From IMG/VR virus record IMGVR_UViG_3300045988_160012: a stretch of 64,000 nucleotides of DNA. The stretch is one strand, 5' to 3'. The translations under genes and the position numbers were made by a program. Each line of letters starts with the position of its first letter. Within the stretch, counting starts at the first letter, position 1. This DNA comes from a virus. The notes under the pieces were generated by a model. The model made no database searches. It was given only the letters and a program-made list of their open reading frames with translations, and was not told where the DNA came from. Shown here one piece after another: positions 1 through 10,912 of the stretch.

Positions 1-204
1 GTTATTCTTTATCAGAATGTGCTTATCAGAGTTTTTGTTCCTCATAAAATTCGTATTTTATGTGTAAATCAAGACCCTTGAAAGCCCTTAAAACAAGGTA
101 TTTCTCCAATTATCAAAAACTGCTGCCAATAGCCCTTTTAAGCCTGTAATAGCCTATAATAGCCTGTTTTAAGCCTATATTAACAAAAAAGACCCTGTAA
201 CCAT

Positions 205-248
205 TTATCAGTTCCTCTTTTTTCTACTATTCTCGTATAATAATATTG
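205..248 (+). promoter_or_regulatory. sigma70-like promoter (GTTCCT-N18-tcgTATAATaat), copy 1 of a conserved ~40-bp early-promoter element
   Basis: TATAAT with upstream TCG and a GTTCCT -35-like box. Near-identical elements occur at 15587-15625 and 32430-32472 on the minus strand. Lies upstream of plus ORF 325..540. Confidence 0.45.
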
Positions 249-324
249 TGGTCTGTTAGTACCAATAACAGGCTGCAACACTTATATAACAGATTAATAC
301 TGTGCAGAGGAAAGAGGTGATATT

Positions 325-540
325 ATGAATATTCTTACAAGTCCAGTTCACACAAGCCCGAACCCAACACTAATTCAGGCAATAAACTGGGAAAGCAACT
401 CTCTAACTATTACCTGTCAATCAGGTAAGGTTATTGAATTTTGTCCTGTTTCATTTTTTGAGTATATGGAAATTTCCAAAGCCATAACTCTTAATGAAAT
501 TTTGATGTATAATCCTTTACTTATTAACAGGATAAAATAA
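325..540 (+). CDS. hypothetical small protein (71 aa)
   Basis: ORF with a GAGG-type RBS (gaggaaagaggtgatattATG) downstream of promoter copy 1. Confidence 0.3.
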   Translation: MNILTSPVHTSPNPTLIQAINWESNSLTITCQSGKVIEFCPVSFFEYMEISKAITLNEILMYNPLLINRIK

Positions 541-998
541 TACTTTTTCAATGATGGGAGCTTCCTATTCGCAGTAGGATGTTCCCATTTTTTGTTGGTT
601 GTAAGAAATTCATTATAGGTTACAAGGTCATTCTTTTGACCGTACAAGCAAATTGTGTAACAAATATAATTTGATGTAACAAAAAAGACCTTGTAAGTCT
701 GATGAGCATATACTATGAGAAGTTATCTCTTTATTGAGAAGTTATTCTTGAAGTATTATCTCTATCAGACCAACAAGGTCAATTCTTATGCTTGGACACT
801 TTCACGCTTTTTTACGTGAATTTAGATTTTTCACTGGCTGAAACTTTCTATCTAGTTGAGCATCTAGCGAAGCTAGTTAAACAATCAAACTGGATAGCTT
901 TTTTGCCCTAAAACTGGATAATCGGGTTTGCCCTGTGACATGGAGATAACCTTGTTGTTTTATATTATAAGGTCATCTCTTGTAGTTGTCAAGTAGTT

Positions 999-1523
999 TT
1001 ATGATAGATGAGATAGTACAATTTTTGACATTTGCTCAATAGTTTTACTATAAGCTTTATTGTCAATAATGTAATCTACCTCATCGGCAATACCATCAAA
1101 CTGACCAACATCTGACAAACTTCTGCGATATGCTTCTTCAATATTATCACCTCTTTGAAGAATTTTAATCAGTCTATCTCTACGAGGTACATTGATGTAA
1201 AAAGCACGAATATCCAGATTGGGAATCTTTTTAAGTTGACGTAATCCATGTGGTGTTACTACTGCCACTTTATCAGATGTGCAATCATTTTTTGCAGTAC
1301 CATAATGCCATCCATTGTATTCCCCAATCTCTGCAAAAAACTCTTCTTTTTGCAGATTTGAAAATTGAGATTCAGAAATATAATGATAGTCAATACCATC
1401 AACTTCTCCCTGTCTTGGTTGTCTTGTAGTGTATGATACAATTTTTTTATAACCATAATTGTCAACCAAATTTTTTTCAATACTTGATTTACCACTGGCA
1501 CTTTCACCGACTAATACAATCAT
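999..1523 (-). CDS. gmk: guanylate kinase-like nucleoside monophosphate kinase
   Basis: P-loop GESASGKSS; [19 protein letters not shown] matches the guanylate kinase signature (TTRxxRxGExDGxDYxFxS). Confidence 0.7.
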   Translation of the reverse strand: MIVLVGESASGKSSIEKNLVDNYGYKKIVSYTTRQPRQGEVDGIDYHYISESQFSNLQKEEFFAEIGEYNGWHYGTAKNDCTSDKVAVVTPHGLRQLKKIPNLDIRAFYINVPRRDRLIKILQRGDNIEEAYRRSLSDVGQFDGIADEVDYIIDNKAYSKTIEQMSKIVLSHLS

Positions 1524-1870
1524 TGACTTACCTCCTCTTTTGTATGAAATATTTCAAATCTATACTTCTGTTTAATTTCTGGATATTTATAATGGTCAAC
1601 TTCACTCATAAACATATCGTAAGGTCTTACATATAATCCAAAATTAACACCTGACTTTTCATCTTTATATAATGCCTGATAAACAACTAACTTTTCTTTT
1701 GTTTCTGAATGTTGAGCAAATCCAATGATTTTATAAAGGTATTTGCTGGATGAATCCACCCAGCTACCTTTTAAAAATTCTCTTTTGAAATGTTGAACAA
1801 TATCACCAACTTTTAATCTACTGTTATTATCCATTGTTTTTCTCCTTCTCAAATGCTTGTACTTTGTCAA
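1520..1870 (-). CDS. DUF1653-like hypothetical protein
   Basis: Pattern Y..I....[13 protein letters not shown] resembles the DUF1653 family. Confidence 0.35.
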   Translation of the reverse strand: MTKYKHLRRRKTMDNNSRLKVGDIVQHFKREFLKGSWVDSSSKYLYKIIGFAQHSETKEKLVVYQALYKDEKSGVNFGLYVRPYDMFMSEVDHYKYPEIKQKYRFEIFHTKEEVSQ

Positions 1871-2567
1871 TAAATTTCATAAGATTTTTTTCATTGTGAA
1901 GATATTCCCATGTGTCTGCAAATACATTTACCTTGTTATCTTTATCTACCTGAACAACAACTGTTTTATATCCATTAAAAGCTTTTACTGTTACTACCAA
2001 ATCAAACCCATTTGCAGTATTAGAGTTTTTAGGAGTTTGTGTATTTGTGATTACATAATCGCATCTGTCATAAACACAAAATTGATACTGTATTCCCTTA
2101 TGCTCTTTAATCTCAGATGTTTCTGTTAATTCCCATTCTGGTTTTTCATCAATATTAGGGAAGTATGTATCTGCATCTGATTCTGTAAATACCTTAGTAA
2201 TATATACACGTTCACAAGAATTTAAAAGCTCTGAATAAATCTGTCCACCACCAATAATATAAATACCATTATTGTTATCAATTACATCCTTTTGAGCTAA
2301 CCAAGCTTTGATGCATTTCATATTGGAATGAATTGTACCATCTTTTTGAACCTTTGGATTTTTCTTACATTTTCTAGTGATAATGATGTTGGTTCTATCA
2401 GGAAGTGGTTTCTTAGGTAAAGAATCCCATGTTTTTCTTCCCATAATTACAGCACCGTTAGAAGTAATTTTTTTGAATAATTTCATATCTTCTGGAATAT
2501 TAACTAATAATTCTCCTTTATTACCAATGCCAAAATTTTTATCTACACACACTACTGCTGCTATCAT
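1827..2567 (-). CDS. folA: dihydrofolate reductase with ~80-aa C-terminal extension
   Basis: N-terminus MIAAV..D..IG..G.L....PEDMK.F...T....[10 protein letters not shown] is canonical DHFR. The extra C-terminal domain has unknown function. Confidence 0.75.
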   Translation of the reverse strand: MIAAVVCVDKNFGIGNKGELLVNIPEDMKLFKKITSNGAVIMGRKTWDSLPKKPLPDRTNIIITRKCKKNPKVQKDGTIHSNMKCIKAWLAQKDVIDNNNGIYIIGGGQIYSELLNSCERVYITKVFTESDADTYFPNIDEKPEWELTETSEIKEHKGIQYQFCVYDRCDYVITNTQTPKNSNTANGFDLVVTVKAFNGYKTVVVQVDKDNKVNVFADTWEYLHNEKNLMKFIDKVQAFEKEKNNG

Positions 2568-2576
2568 AGTATCCTC

Positions 2577-2810
2577 CTATACAATTCTTATTTTTGCCTT
2601 CAGTTGCTCTAAGGCATTATATCTATCAGATTCATATTCGTTTTTAGCAATCATATGTTTGATTTGTTCATTGCAAATCAATTCAATAATTGTTTCTCTT
2701 TCTTCGTCTGATAAACCAGATTTTGCTATTTTATATTTTGCTTTATATTTTTCACATTTTTTCTTGTAATTGTTTACTTTATCACAACGATTACATTTTG
2801 TATTTTTCAA
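2577..2810 (-). CDS. hypothetical protein
   Basis: ORF only; lysine-rich. Confidence 0.25.
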   Translation of the reverse strand: MKNTKCNRCDKVNNYKKKCEKYKAKYKIAKSGLSDEERETIIELICNEQIKHMIAKNEYESDRYNALEQLKAKIRIV

Positions 2811-2834
2811 TGTTATTCCTCTCCTTATATTATC

Positions 2835-3788
2835 CTAAATACCCAAATCAAGTTTTAATTGAGGGCGAATTGGCTCATAATCCAATAAGGTAAAATCTTC
2901 AATGATAAAATCATAAAAATTATTCTTTTCTGGATTAAGTATCAATTCTGGACGAATTATTTCATCCTCTTCATGAACAAGTAATTTTTTAAATCTATTA
3001 AAAATTTCTATTGCCTGTTCTTCATGACGGTCATAAATCTGCTCATTTTGTACAAAATGGCAAAATACACCAGCTTTATATCCTGTATGTCTTGCAATCA
3101 TCATGAGCAATGCTGCATACTGAATTTCATTCATTCCTCCAGCTCCAGATGCAGTAAGCATATCTCCACTTCTTTGAATGAGTGTCATATCAAGATATTC
3201 TCCTCTAACATTCCACATTGTAAGGAAAGCACATGGAGCAAGACCTTCTGTTTCTGCTAAATCTGTTTCTTGCCAAAGAGACATAATTTTTCTTCTGCCA
3301 TAAGGGTCTGTTTTAATATCATTGATAAGTTTATTTACAAGGTCATATCTTTTAACAGTAGCTCCGTATCTTTGACCAATTGTACCATCTCCAATGTTCC
3401 AAGGTGACCACCATGATACTCCCATTTCTTCCATTTCAGAAATAACATTCGTGGGTTTCTGATAGATTGTAAAGATTTCTCTGATAGCTGTTTTCCAAGC
3501 CATCGGTCTGAGAGTGCAAATAGGAAATTCACCTTTTGATAAATCATATTTTCTCATTACCTGATTAATTGAAATTGTATGGGCTGGTGTTCCATCCGCA
3601 TATTTTGGTCTGGGATTAACGTCTTTATATCCCTCTGAAAGAATATCACATATTTCGTGTCCTAAATATCTATCTGCTTTAGTCATTAGTTCGTCCTCCT
3701 GTATATAATGTTGGATTGGTGGTAAATAACATATTCGCCACTTTGAATAATTCTTCTCTAGTGTTATCAACAGTTCCATCAATAACAT
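2835..3788 (-). CDS. thyA: thymidylate synthase (ThyA family)
   Basis: ThyA-like LAPCAF...W (P-C active site) and QRSGDMLTASGAGGMNEIQYAALLMMIA (cf. QRSxDxxLGxPFNIASYALL). The Asn in GMNEIQY is retained, suggesting dUMP specificity. An adjacent DHFR supports a genuine TS. Confidence 0.75.
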   Translation of the reverse strand: MLLMELLITLEKNYSKWRICYLPPIQHYIQEDELMTKADRYLGHEICDILSEGYKDVNPRPKYADGTPAHTISINQVMRKYDLSKGEFPICTLRPMAWKTAIREIFTIYQKPTNVISEMEEMGVSWWSPWNIGDGTIGQRYGATVKRYDLVNKLINDIKTDPYGRRKIMSLWQETDLAETEGLAPCAFLTMWNVRGEYLDMTLIQRSGDMLTASGAGGMNEIQYAALLMMIARHTGYKAGVFCHFVQNEQIYDRHEEQAIEIFNRFKKLLVHEEDEIIRPELILNPEKNNFYDFIIEDFTLLDYEPIRPQLKLDLGI

Positions 3789-5154
3789 ATGCCAAACAAA
3801 GATTCAGTATTTTACCTATTAGCTTCCCTTCTGGAATACCGATTTCTATTAAATCTCTGCCATTGATAGCAAGGTCTTTTAATTGAAAACATTCTGATTG
3901 TTCAACTATCCAGTCTAAAATTTCTGATACTTTATATACCTTTTCAAGTCTCAATTCTATATCTTTGGATGATTGACCTTTAATATCATGTGTTCTTAAA
4001 ACAAGCAATCTTCTTAATTGCTTTTCGCCCAATTTATTCAACAGTCTTTTTACTGCTGCTTTAGTCGGAGTTAAAGTAACATCATGACAATCAATTAATT
4101 GTGATACTGATTCAACAATATCATTGCTATAGCGAAGTCTTTTTAAAACTTCTTGAGCAATAGCATATGATGAATGTGCATGACCATAAAAATGACCAAT
4201 GCCATTTTCATCTTCAACATAATTGTTTGGCTTTCCTATGTCATGAAGGAAAATAGCCAATCTGGTAATTAAATCTGTATCTGAAGTAACATCATCCATG
4301 CAATGTAATGTATGTTCCCAGACATCATATAAATGATATGGATTATTTTGTTTAAAGCCAATCATAGGCTTAATCTCAGGAATTATCTGATAAATTACAT
4401 CCGCATATTCTCTTAATACTTCATTGCCACAATTCTCACTCATAAGAATTTTTGACAATTCCTGTGAAATACGTTCCTGAGAGATATTATCAAGTAATTC
4501 CCTTTCACTATGTATTGCCTGAGATGTATTTTCTTCAATTATAAATTTTAATTGAGCTGCAAATCTTATAGCTCTAAGTATTCTCAAACCATCTTCTTTA
4601 AATCTCTCTTGGGGATTTCCAACACAACAAATTATTTTATTTCTTATATCTTTTATTCCATCATAAAAATCCTGAAATCCGATATATTGGTTGTATGTAA
4701 TTGTATTGATTGTAAAGTCTCTTCTGGATAAATCTTCAAGAAGATTGTTTGTAAATGTTACTTTGTCTGGTCTACGATTATCGGAATATTTACCATCATT
4801 TCTAAAGGTTGTTATTTCATATCCTTCACCATCAAGTACAAAAGTAACTGTTCCATGTTTTAGTCCTGTTAGAACAATCTGAATATTTCTCTCATCTCTT
4901 TTACAAATAGTTTCTATAATAGAAATCATTTCGTTTGGTGTAGCATTTGTGGTAATATCCCAGTCATGAGGGATACGATTCATACACATATCCCTCACAC
5001 AACCACCAACCAAATAAGCCTGAAATCTTCCGTATTTTGTAAGAATATAGATGAGGTATTTTGCTCCTTCAGGAATCATGGCATTATTAAATGTCATATA
5101 CCCTCTATCACTTGCAATCATCTGTTTTCTCCTCTTTTTCAACAATATCCTCAA
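3679..5154 (-). CDS. cca: CCA-adding tRNA nucleotidyltransferase with HD domain
   Basis: LVGGCVRDMCMNRIPHDWDITT (GGxVRD polbeta-NTase head) plus an HD motif FLHDIGK. Confidence 0.8.
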   Translation of the reverse strand: MRILLKKRRKQMIASDRGYMTFNNAMIPEGAKYLIYILTKYGRFQAYLVGGCVRDMCMNRIPHDWDITTNATPNEMISIIETICKRDERNIQIVLTGLKHGTVTFVLDGEGYEITTFRNDGKYSDNRRPDKVTFTNNLLEDLSRRDFTINTITYNQYIGFQDFYDGIKDIRNKIICCVGNPQERFKEDGLRILRAIRFAAQLKFIIEENTSQAIHSERELLDNISQERISQELSKILMSENCGNEVLREYADVIYQIIPEIKPMIGFKQNNPYHLYDVWEHTLHCMDDVTSDTDLITRLAIFLHDIGKPNNYVEDENGIGHFYGHAHSSYAIAQEVLKRLRYSNDIVESVSQLIDCHDVTLTPTKAAVKRLLNKLGEKQLRRLLVLRTHDIKGQSSKDIELRLEKVYKVSEILDWIVEQSECFQLKDLAINGRDLIEIGIPEGKLIGKILNLCLAYVIDGTVDNTREELFKVANMLFTTNPTLYTGGRTND

Positions 5155-5926
5155 TACATTTGTATAAATATGGTGGTAAATATGTTTTGAGGATTTTCTT
5201 ATTATCTAATCCTGTTGTTTTATAATAGGCTTCTGCAATACCTCCTGATATGCAACACATAGTATCCATATCACAATGTAAACTTAGACAATTTCTCATA
5301 CAGCTCTCATAATCATGACTTTCAATAAAACACTGGATTGCTACTGGTACAGTTAATTCACATCTGTCACTCCAAACATATGATTTTTGAAGTTCTTCCA
5401 TTGTTTGTGTACCATCATATAATTTACCTTTGTAGGTCAGTTGACAAATATTTAGAATATCATTTTTACTATATCCTGAATTTGCCATTGCAATAGCAGA
5501 TGCAGTCATACAAGCTCCTGTAATACCACCTTCTGTATTATGTGTGCATATTGCAGAACTCTTGGACAATGCTATGACAGAATTAATGTCGTGTACTATA
5601 TCTCCTATATATGCAACTCTCATAGCTGAACCATTTCCAGTTGATTTATAATCAGTGATTTTATTGTTCAACCATTTAAAGAACATATCACCATATCCCA
5701 CATCTGGGAATTTTCTGCCAAACTCTTTATAGGCTTTTCCAAAATTACCTTTATAATGGTCAATTGCATATTTAGTCGCAATAGCCAATACAGTATCATC
5801 GGTAAATTCATTCAAGTAACCATTGAAAAGTGGACAATGTTCCCAATCTAATGTTTCTGGTCTTTGGTCTGGAAATTCAAATCGACTTCCAATAATATCT
5901 CCAATAATTGCTCCTATTAGTGCCAT
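5108..5926 (-). CDS. ADP-ribosylglycohydrolase (ARH/DraG family)
   Basis: N-terminus MALIGAIIGDIIGSRFEF and overall ARH-like composition. Confidence 0.65.
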   Translation of the reverse strand: MALIGAIIGDIIGSRFEFPDQRPETLDWEHCPLFNGYLNEFTDDTVLAIATKYAIDHYKGNFGKAYKEFGRKFPDVGYGDMFFKWLNNKITDYKSTGNGSAMRVAYIGDIVHDINSVIALSKSSAICTHNTEGGITGACMTASAIAMANSGYSKNDILNICQLTYKGKLYDGTQTMEELQKSYVWSDRCELTVPVAIQCFIESHDYESCMRNCLSLHCDMDTMCCISGGIAEAYYKTTGLDNKKILKTYLPPYLYKCIEDIVEKEEKTDDCK

Positions 5927-6954
5927 TAAATTTCACCTCTTACTACTCTTTCATTTACACTTGCCATAAATTCATTGATACGTTTATAATCAGGATTGTC
6001 TGGTAAATCCGTATTTTGTTTTGCATATTCGAATCGTTTCTGAAGATTTTCTACAATAGAAAAGAACTCTTCGGTAGGCTGACGGTTGACATCAAGATAT
6101 TTACCATTTCTGATTTCCATTAAAAAGTCATGGTCGTTTTCTCTATAAGTAATAATTTCTTTCTTCTCAAGAATATCTATTACCATAAGATAAAGCCTGA
6201 TTAAATGCATCATGTGTTTTGCCAATTTACCATGCTCAATAGCATTTTTATTTCGTTTTCCTATTTTGGCATAGTCTTTTACAATGTTATTCATTTCGCT
6301 CCACATTGATTTATAATCTCTAAGTGGATAATGAGAAAGTGTTACATCCATATAAATCTCAGTATCCATTTCTTCTTGATGAGATTTATCAATATAAAGT
6401 TTTATTGAATCTTCATCAAATGGAAAATACTTATTTTTAAAGTCATATGAAGCATTTCGAATACTGTTAAGGATATGCTTCTCTCTCTCAGACTGTCCTA
6501 CAAGTCTTGCTGCTTTGTTGTCCAATCTTCGTAATTGACTATATGCATAACCACCAAATGATTGAATTGCTCTTTTGGATAGGAACAAATCTTTATTATC
6601 CAAAAGTTCCTGACCAATTGGAGAAACATATAAATAATGTTCGGGTTTAAGTCCAAGTAATTCAATTGTATTTGGGTTGCAATTACTCAATAAATGAATG
6701 AGTTTATTGAGTGAATAAATAGTTGTATCTGTAGCTTCGTTGCAACACTGTTCAAAATTCACATTTGTTAAAATTTCAATTTTGCTATTTATTGCACAAC
6801 CACGAACATCTAAGTCGGATGTTTCAATATTCGTACCATAGGCATGAAAACCGCCTAATCCTAACAGGATAATATTATTTCCTAAATGTGGGTCTGTTCT
6901 AAGGAAATCATATTCTTCTGATTTCAATTTTTCTTTAATCTGTTCAATATTCAT
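5926..6954 (-). CDS. nucleotidyltransferase-fold protein (polbeta superfamily) of unknown specificity
   Basis: LLGLGGFHAYGTNIETSDLDVRG matches hG[GS]x9-13DhD. Large alpha-helical C-terminal region. Confidence 0.45.
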   Translation of the reverse strand: MNIEQIKEKLKSEEYDFLRTDPHLGNNIILLGLGGFHAYGTNIETSDLDVRGCAINSKIEILTNVNFEQCCNEATDTTIYSLNKLIHLLSNCNPNTIELLGLKPEHYLYVSPIGQELLDNKDLFLSKRAIQSFGGYAYSQLRRLDNKAARLVGQSEREKHILNSIRNASYDFKNKYFPFDEDSIKLYIDKSHQEEMDTEIYMDVTLSHYPLRDYKSMWSEMNNIVKDYAKIGKRNKNAIEHGKLAKHMMHLIRLYLMVIDILEKKEIITYRENDHDFLMEIRNGKYLDVNRQPTEEFFSIVENLQKRFEYAKQNTDLPDNPDYKRINEFMASVNERVVRGEI

Positions 6955-6995
6955 ATTTAATCCTCTCTAGCATATAACCTTAATAGTTTGCTGTT

Positions 6996-7403
6996 TTACT
7001 CTAACATAGCTGCCAGACTATCAATCTGAAGTTCTGTCTGCTTATCGTCAGATAATAAAGCTGTAAGCTGCTTTTCTAACATATCCAGTTTTTTCTTTTC
7101 AGATTTATAGCTTTTAACTTCAAGATAAGCTTTTACGTCTACAATCCAATCATCTAAAGAGCTTCCAGAAATCTCTAATGTAGCAGTAGAAATTCCTAAA
7201 TCCTTTGCGGATAATGCAATACTATTCAGTTTAATCAATAACATTTCATCGGAATCTACGTGCAAATTATAAGTAACTTTATCCAATACCAATAAACAGT
7301 TAGTTACTGGATTGAATCTTGTTGGTTTAGATGCAAGTTCTTTTCTTTTGTTCTCGATAGTTTTCTTCAGTTCCATAATTCTTTCATCATTTTTCTGTGC
7401 CAT
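6996..7403 (-). CDS. hypothetical coiled-coil protein
   Basis: ORF; heptad-like composition. Confidence 0.3.
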   Translation of the reverse strand: MAQKNDERIMELKKTIENKRKELASKPTRFNPVTNCLLVLDKVTYNLHVDSDEMLLIKLNSIALSAKDLGISTATLEISGSSLDDWIVDVKAYLEVKSYKSEKKKLDMLEKQLTALLSDDKQTELQIDSLAAMLE

Positions 7404-8667
7404 AATAATACCTCTTTTCTAAATATCCATTTTTTAAATAATGCTCTCCATATACAGGATGCACATATTTATAACACTCTTCGATAGTATCAAAATATTT
7501 TTTAACTGTTTTTTCTCTTGTCTTTGTTACTGTTTCATTTGAATACCATTTTTTCTCTTCATAAGATTCATAAACGGTTTCGTAAATGTACCATTTCTTA
7601 TTTTCTCTTGAATATAAGATTTCTTTACTACTAAGTAATTCATCTTTTTCTATTCCTACTTTAAAAGAATAGTTATAATTTCTTTCAAAAGATTTAACTA
7701 TTGTTGCATCTGCCATAGCAATAAATTTGTCATATGGTAAATCAATAAGCTTATCTGCTTCAAAATCTTCTTGACAATATTCAGCATTGCTATATAACAG
7801 ATTAACCATATCTGGATAATCTGGTCTTTTTTCAAGAACCATATGGGTGAACTTTCTTGTGATTGCTTTCATATGTGTTACTCTATTTTCTCTATACCAA
7901 CTATATTCAGCATTAGGATTTCCAAGAAGAATAAAGAAAAATTCATTCTTTTCTTCTTGAATACTTCTATAGTAAGTAAGATTTTTATTATAATAACTAC
8001 TTCGACATTTACTGATTAACCATGTATCATCAAGTGGATATTCATATCCTTCTTTTCTGTTGTTACTATAATAGTAACTATGACTTTCATGATAATAATA
8101 ATTTGACTGATTTTTCCAAGGTTTTGATTTCCCCATATATACATATTGATTACCATTCAAATCTTCATATGTAGCACCAATTATCAAATCTCTTGCTTTA
8201 ATAAATGTATTGTTATGAATGACTTTGTTCTTTTCCTGAATTTCTTTATAGTCCGAAGATTCTACAGGTACAAGAACTAATTCTTTGCCATCCCAACCAT
8301 AAACAAATTCACCTTCAAGTCCTTTACCTTTGATACAGTTGCAATTTTCTAAAATCCACAACAGATTTGGAATTGTAATTTCAAACTCAAATCCTCTAGG
8401 GTCATATACTCTGGTGTATGTCTGTCTAGGATTCCAACCATATCTATCTCCACCAACCTTCTTATTTAATACAAATCCTTCCATTGGCTCATTATCATAG
8501 ATTTCATTTGGAATATTTTCATCTCTCCAGCCTTGCCATGAAGTCTCTTTTCGTAATTTACCTTTTTCATCAAAGTAAATTACATATGCCAACTTTCCTG
8601 TATAGGTATCTTCACGTTCCTGAAACCCTACATTAATTTTAGTTGGTACAAAAATATTTGTGTTCAT
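7387..8667 (-). CDS. hypothetical Tyr-rich protein (426 aa)
   Basis: ORF; no recognisable motif. Confidence 0.3.
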   Translation of the reverse strand: MNTNIFVPTKINVGFQEREDTYTGKLAYVIYFDEKGKLRKETSWQGWRDENIPNEIYDNEPMEGFVLNKKVGGDRYGWNPRQTYTRVYDPRGFEFEITIPNLLWILENCNCIKGKGLEGEFVYGWDGKELVLVPVESSDYKEIQEKNKVIHNNTFIKARDLIIGATYEDLNGNQYVYMGKSKPWKNQSNYYYHESHSYYYSNNRKEGYEYPLDDTWLISKCRSSYYNKNLTYYRSIQEEKNEFFFILLGNPNAEYSWYRENRVTHMKAITRKFTHMVLEKRPDYPDMVNLLYSNAEYCQEDFEADKLIDLPYDKFIAMADATIVKSFERNYNYSFKVGIEKDELLSSKEILYSRENKKWYIYETVYESYEEKKWYSNETVTKTREKTVKKYFDTIEECYKYVHPVYGEHYLKNGYLEKRYYYGTEK

Positions 8668-8668
8668 T

Positions 8669-8839
8669 ACTTCTCACTTCCTTTCGCAGTATTTTTAATC
8701 AAAATTGCTTTCCATGTTTTACAATTACAAGAAGATGATTCAATAGAATATTCGTGTTCCAAATAATTATTTAGTGTATTCTCAAATACAATTCTGTTCT
8801 CTTCTTTAATTGTTACAACTGATTGTGTATATTTCATTA
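8669..8839 (-). CDS. small hypothetical protein (56 aa, not in ORF track)
   Basis: RBS gaaagaaaggataaataATG lies immediately downstream of promoter motif copy at 8857-8874. Confidence 0.35.
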
Positions 8840-8865
8840 TTTATCCTTTCTTTCAATGTATAACC

Positions 8866-9555
8866 TTAATTACTATAATGCTTTTTAACTTCTTTCTCAA
8901 AATAAGAAAGAAATTCATCCCAGAATCCTTTTGTCCAGATATATTCTTTTATCTGTCTACTCATCAGGCACTTTTTCATATCTGATTTAACATCAAACGA
9001 TTTGTCTTTTTTCTTACACTTCTTTTCAAGCACAGCAGTTAAAAAGGAAGTGGTAATCTTATGGATAATAAGTAAATCAGATTTATCAACCTGAGCTGAA
9101 ATAGCTTTGTATCGTTCAATTTCTTCTGAAGGTATTTCTACATTTTTTGCCTTTGGAAGATTCTTGACACTAAATGGACTTATGTTTGCTCCGCTGGTTT
9201 TTGCCTTTAAAAGAATGGCAATTGTATCAATATCCTTTGCTTTAAATCTAAATTCGACTTCTATATCAGATTCTCTATATTCGATATATTCAATCTGCTG
9301 CTCATCTAACACCTTCTTAATGTTTCTACCTCTACCAATAGAAGGAATATAAGCTGTCAACCAGACTACTTTGGAATTGCCATTCATATGACCGTATGTA
9401 TAAATCTTATTTCCATTCTGGCAAGCAATGTAAATATCATCATATCCCTCCATGATTTCTCCTCTTTTATTTCTAGGAATATCATGTGTGTTTTGGTCTA
9501 ATTCAGGAAGGATTCTGTATGTACCTTTATATTTCATTAAATAATGATTTGCCAT
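8866..9555 (-). CDS. hypothetical protein
   Basis: ORF. Confidence 0.3.
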   Translation of the reverse strand: MANHYLMKYKGTYRILPELDQNTHDIPRNKRGEIMEGYDDIYIACQNGNKIYTYGHMNGNSKVVWLTAYIPSIGRGRNIKKVLDEQQIEYIEYRESDIEVEFRFKAKDIDTIAILLKAKTSGANISPFSVKNLPKAKNVEIPSEEIERYKAISAQVDKSDLLIIHKITTSFLTAVLEKKCKKKDKSFDVKSDMKKCLMSRQIKEYIWTKGFWDEFLSYFEKEVKKHYSN

Positions 9556-9905
9556 TATACTCTCCTTCTAATACTGTCCATTTCCTTTATTTTATCTGAT
9601 AAAGTAACTGCTACTACATGAGTACCCATATAAGCATCAAGAGCTTCACCGATTAAATCATAACCTTCGTCAATAAGAATATGGTTTTCACGGATTCTTC
9701 CTCTGGCTTTATAATCATCTACTGTCATAGGTGTAGGAATAACTACTCCAAGCTCATTTGCCAAATCCATCAAATGCATAATTGAGGTTCTGCGTTGTAC
9801 AATAATCGGATACTGTGTTACTGCACTGGTATAGACCAACTGTGTGCTTTTCCCTGTTCCTCTGTCTTTAATGACAAGAACAGATGATTTGTTCTCTGTG
9901 TTCAT
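9555..9905 (-). CDS. small P-loop NTPase-like protein
   Basis: Walker A DRGTGKST; Walker B-like ILIDEG. Confidence 0.35.
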   Translation of the reverse strand: MNTENKSSVLVIKDRGTGKSTQLVYTSAVTQYPIIVQRRTSIMHLMDLANELGVVIPTPMTVDDYKARGRIRENHILIDEGYDLIGEALDAYMGTHVVAVTLSDKIKEMDSIRRRV

Positions 9906-10912
9906 AAAATGATACCTCCTTATTCTTCAAACTTTATTGTTATAGGTTTATCTTTTGGTTCTGGCATAATATATAACATATCTACATCTGGTAAAGGTTC
10001 TGATATTTCTTTTGTTTTAGGGTTATATCTTATATTATGTATTTTATTGTCGTAAAAACATATAATAAGCAGTTCGCTATTTTGATATTCTAATGGAAAT
10101 TCTTTGAAACAATTACTTATTAAATTTATTGATTCTTCTTTGGATTTCACAAATATACCTCCTATCCAAAAATCATTTCGGGAGGATAAAATATTGGATA
10201 ATGATTCAATAAATCCATATAATATCCTTCTAATCCAGTTTCTCCCTCGTCAGGATAAAAACAATATAATCCCAAACGTATTCCTTCTATATGAAAATGA
10301 AAATCTTCTTCAGAAAATTCATTAAGAAAAATTCTTTTCTTCAATTCTTTTCTTATTTCAGGAAGTTTATTTATAATTAATCCTTTGTTTTTACTACATT
10401 CACATTGTTTGGCTACAAAACATAAGTGCATTGTGTCCATTTCTCTGATTTTTCGAACAGTTCCATTTATATCTTTCCAAACGCTATTATCATATTGAGC
10501 CATTCTTTTTCCTTCCCTCACAAAAATAATCACTTAACATATGTCTAAATCTTAATGGACTATCAATAATATGTTTTGAATATTGAAAATTCTTTAAGAA
10601 CTCAATAACTGTTCTGGCATCTGAATTATTCAAAGGAATGAATTTTACATATTCAGGTCTACCAGCGATACACACAACCGCCCATGAATGTTCTTCTTTA
10701 AAATTAACATCTACTGCCACATCGGTAATCTCATTGAACATTTTTTGCATCTCTCTATTGTTTTCAAGAGACTCCTCATATAAGCAGCTTGCTCTGTTGT
10801 AACAAGCCTGTGCCTGATTTAATTTTTGAATCTCTTCCTTTAATACTTCTTTTCTTAACCACTGTTTAATCTTTTCTTTTAACCACTTCATTTGTGTTCA
10901 CCTCTTTTCTTT

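Noticed and set aside
1259-2129. ORFs 1259..1507 (-), 1433..1636 (+), 1857..2129 (+) overlapping gmk/DHFR region
   Set aside because: These are alternative-frame or antisense ORFs in AT-rich DNA. The Gmk, DUF1653 and DHFR frames carry recognisable family motifs and are the real genes.
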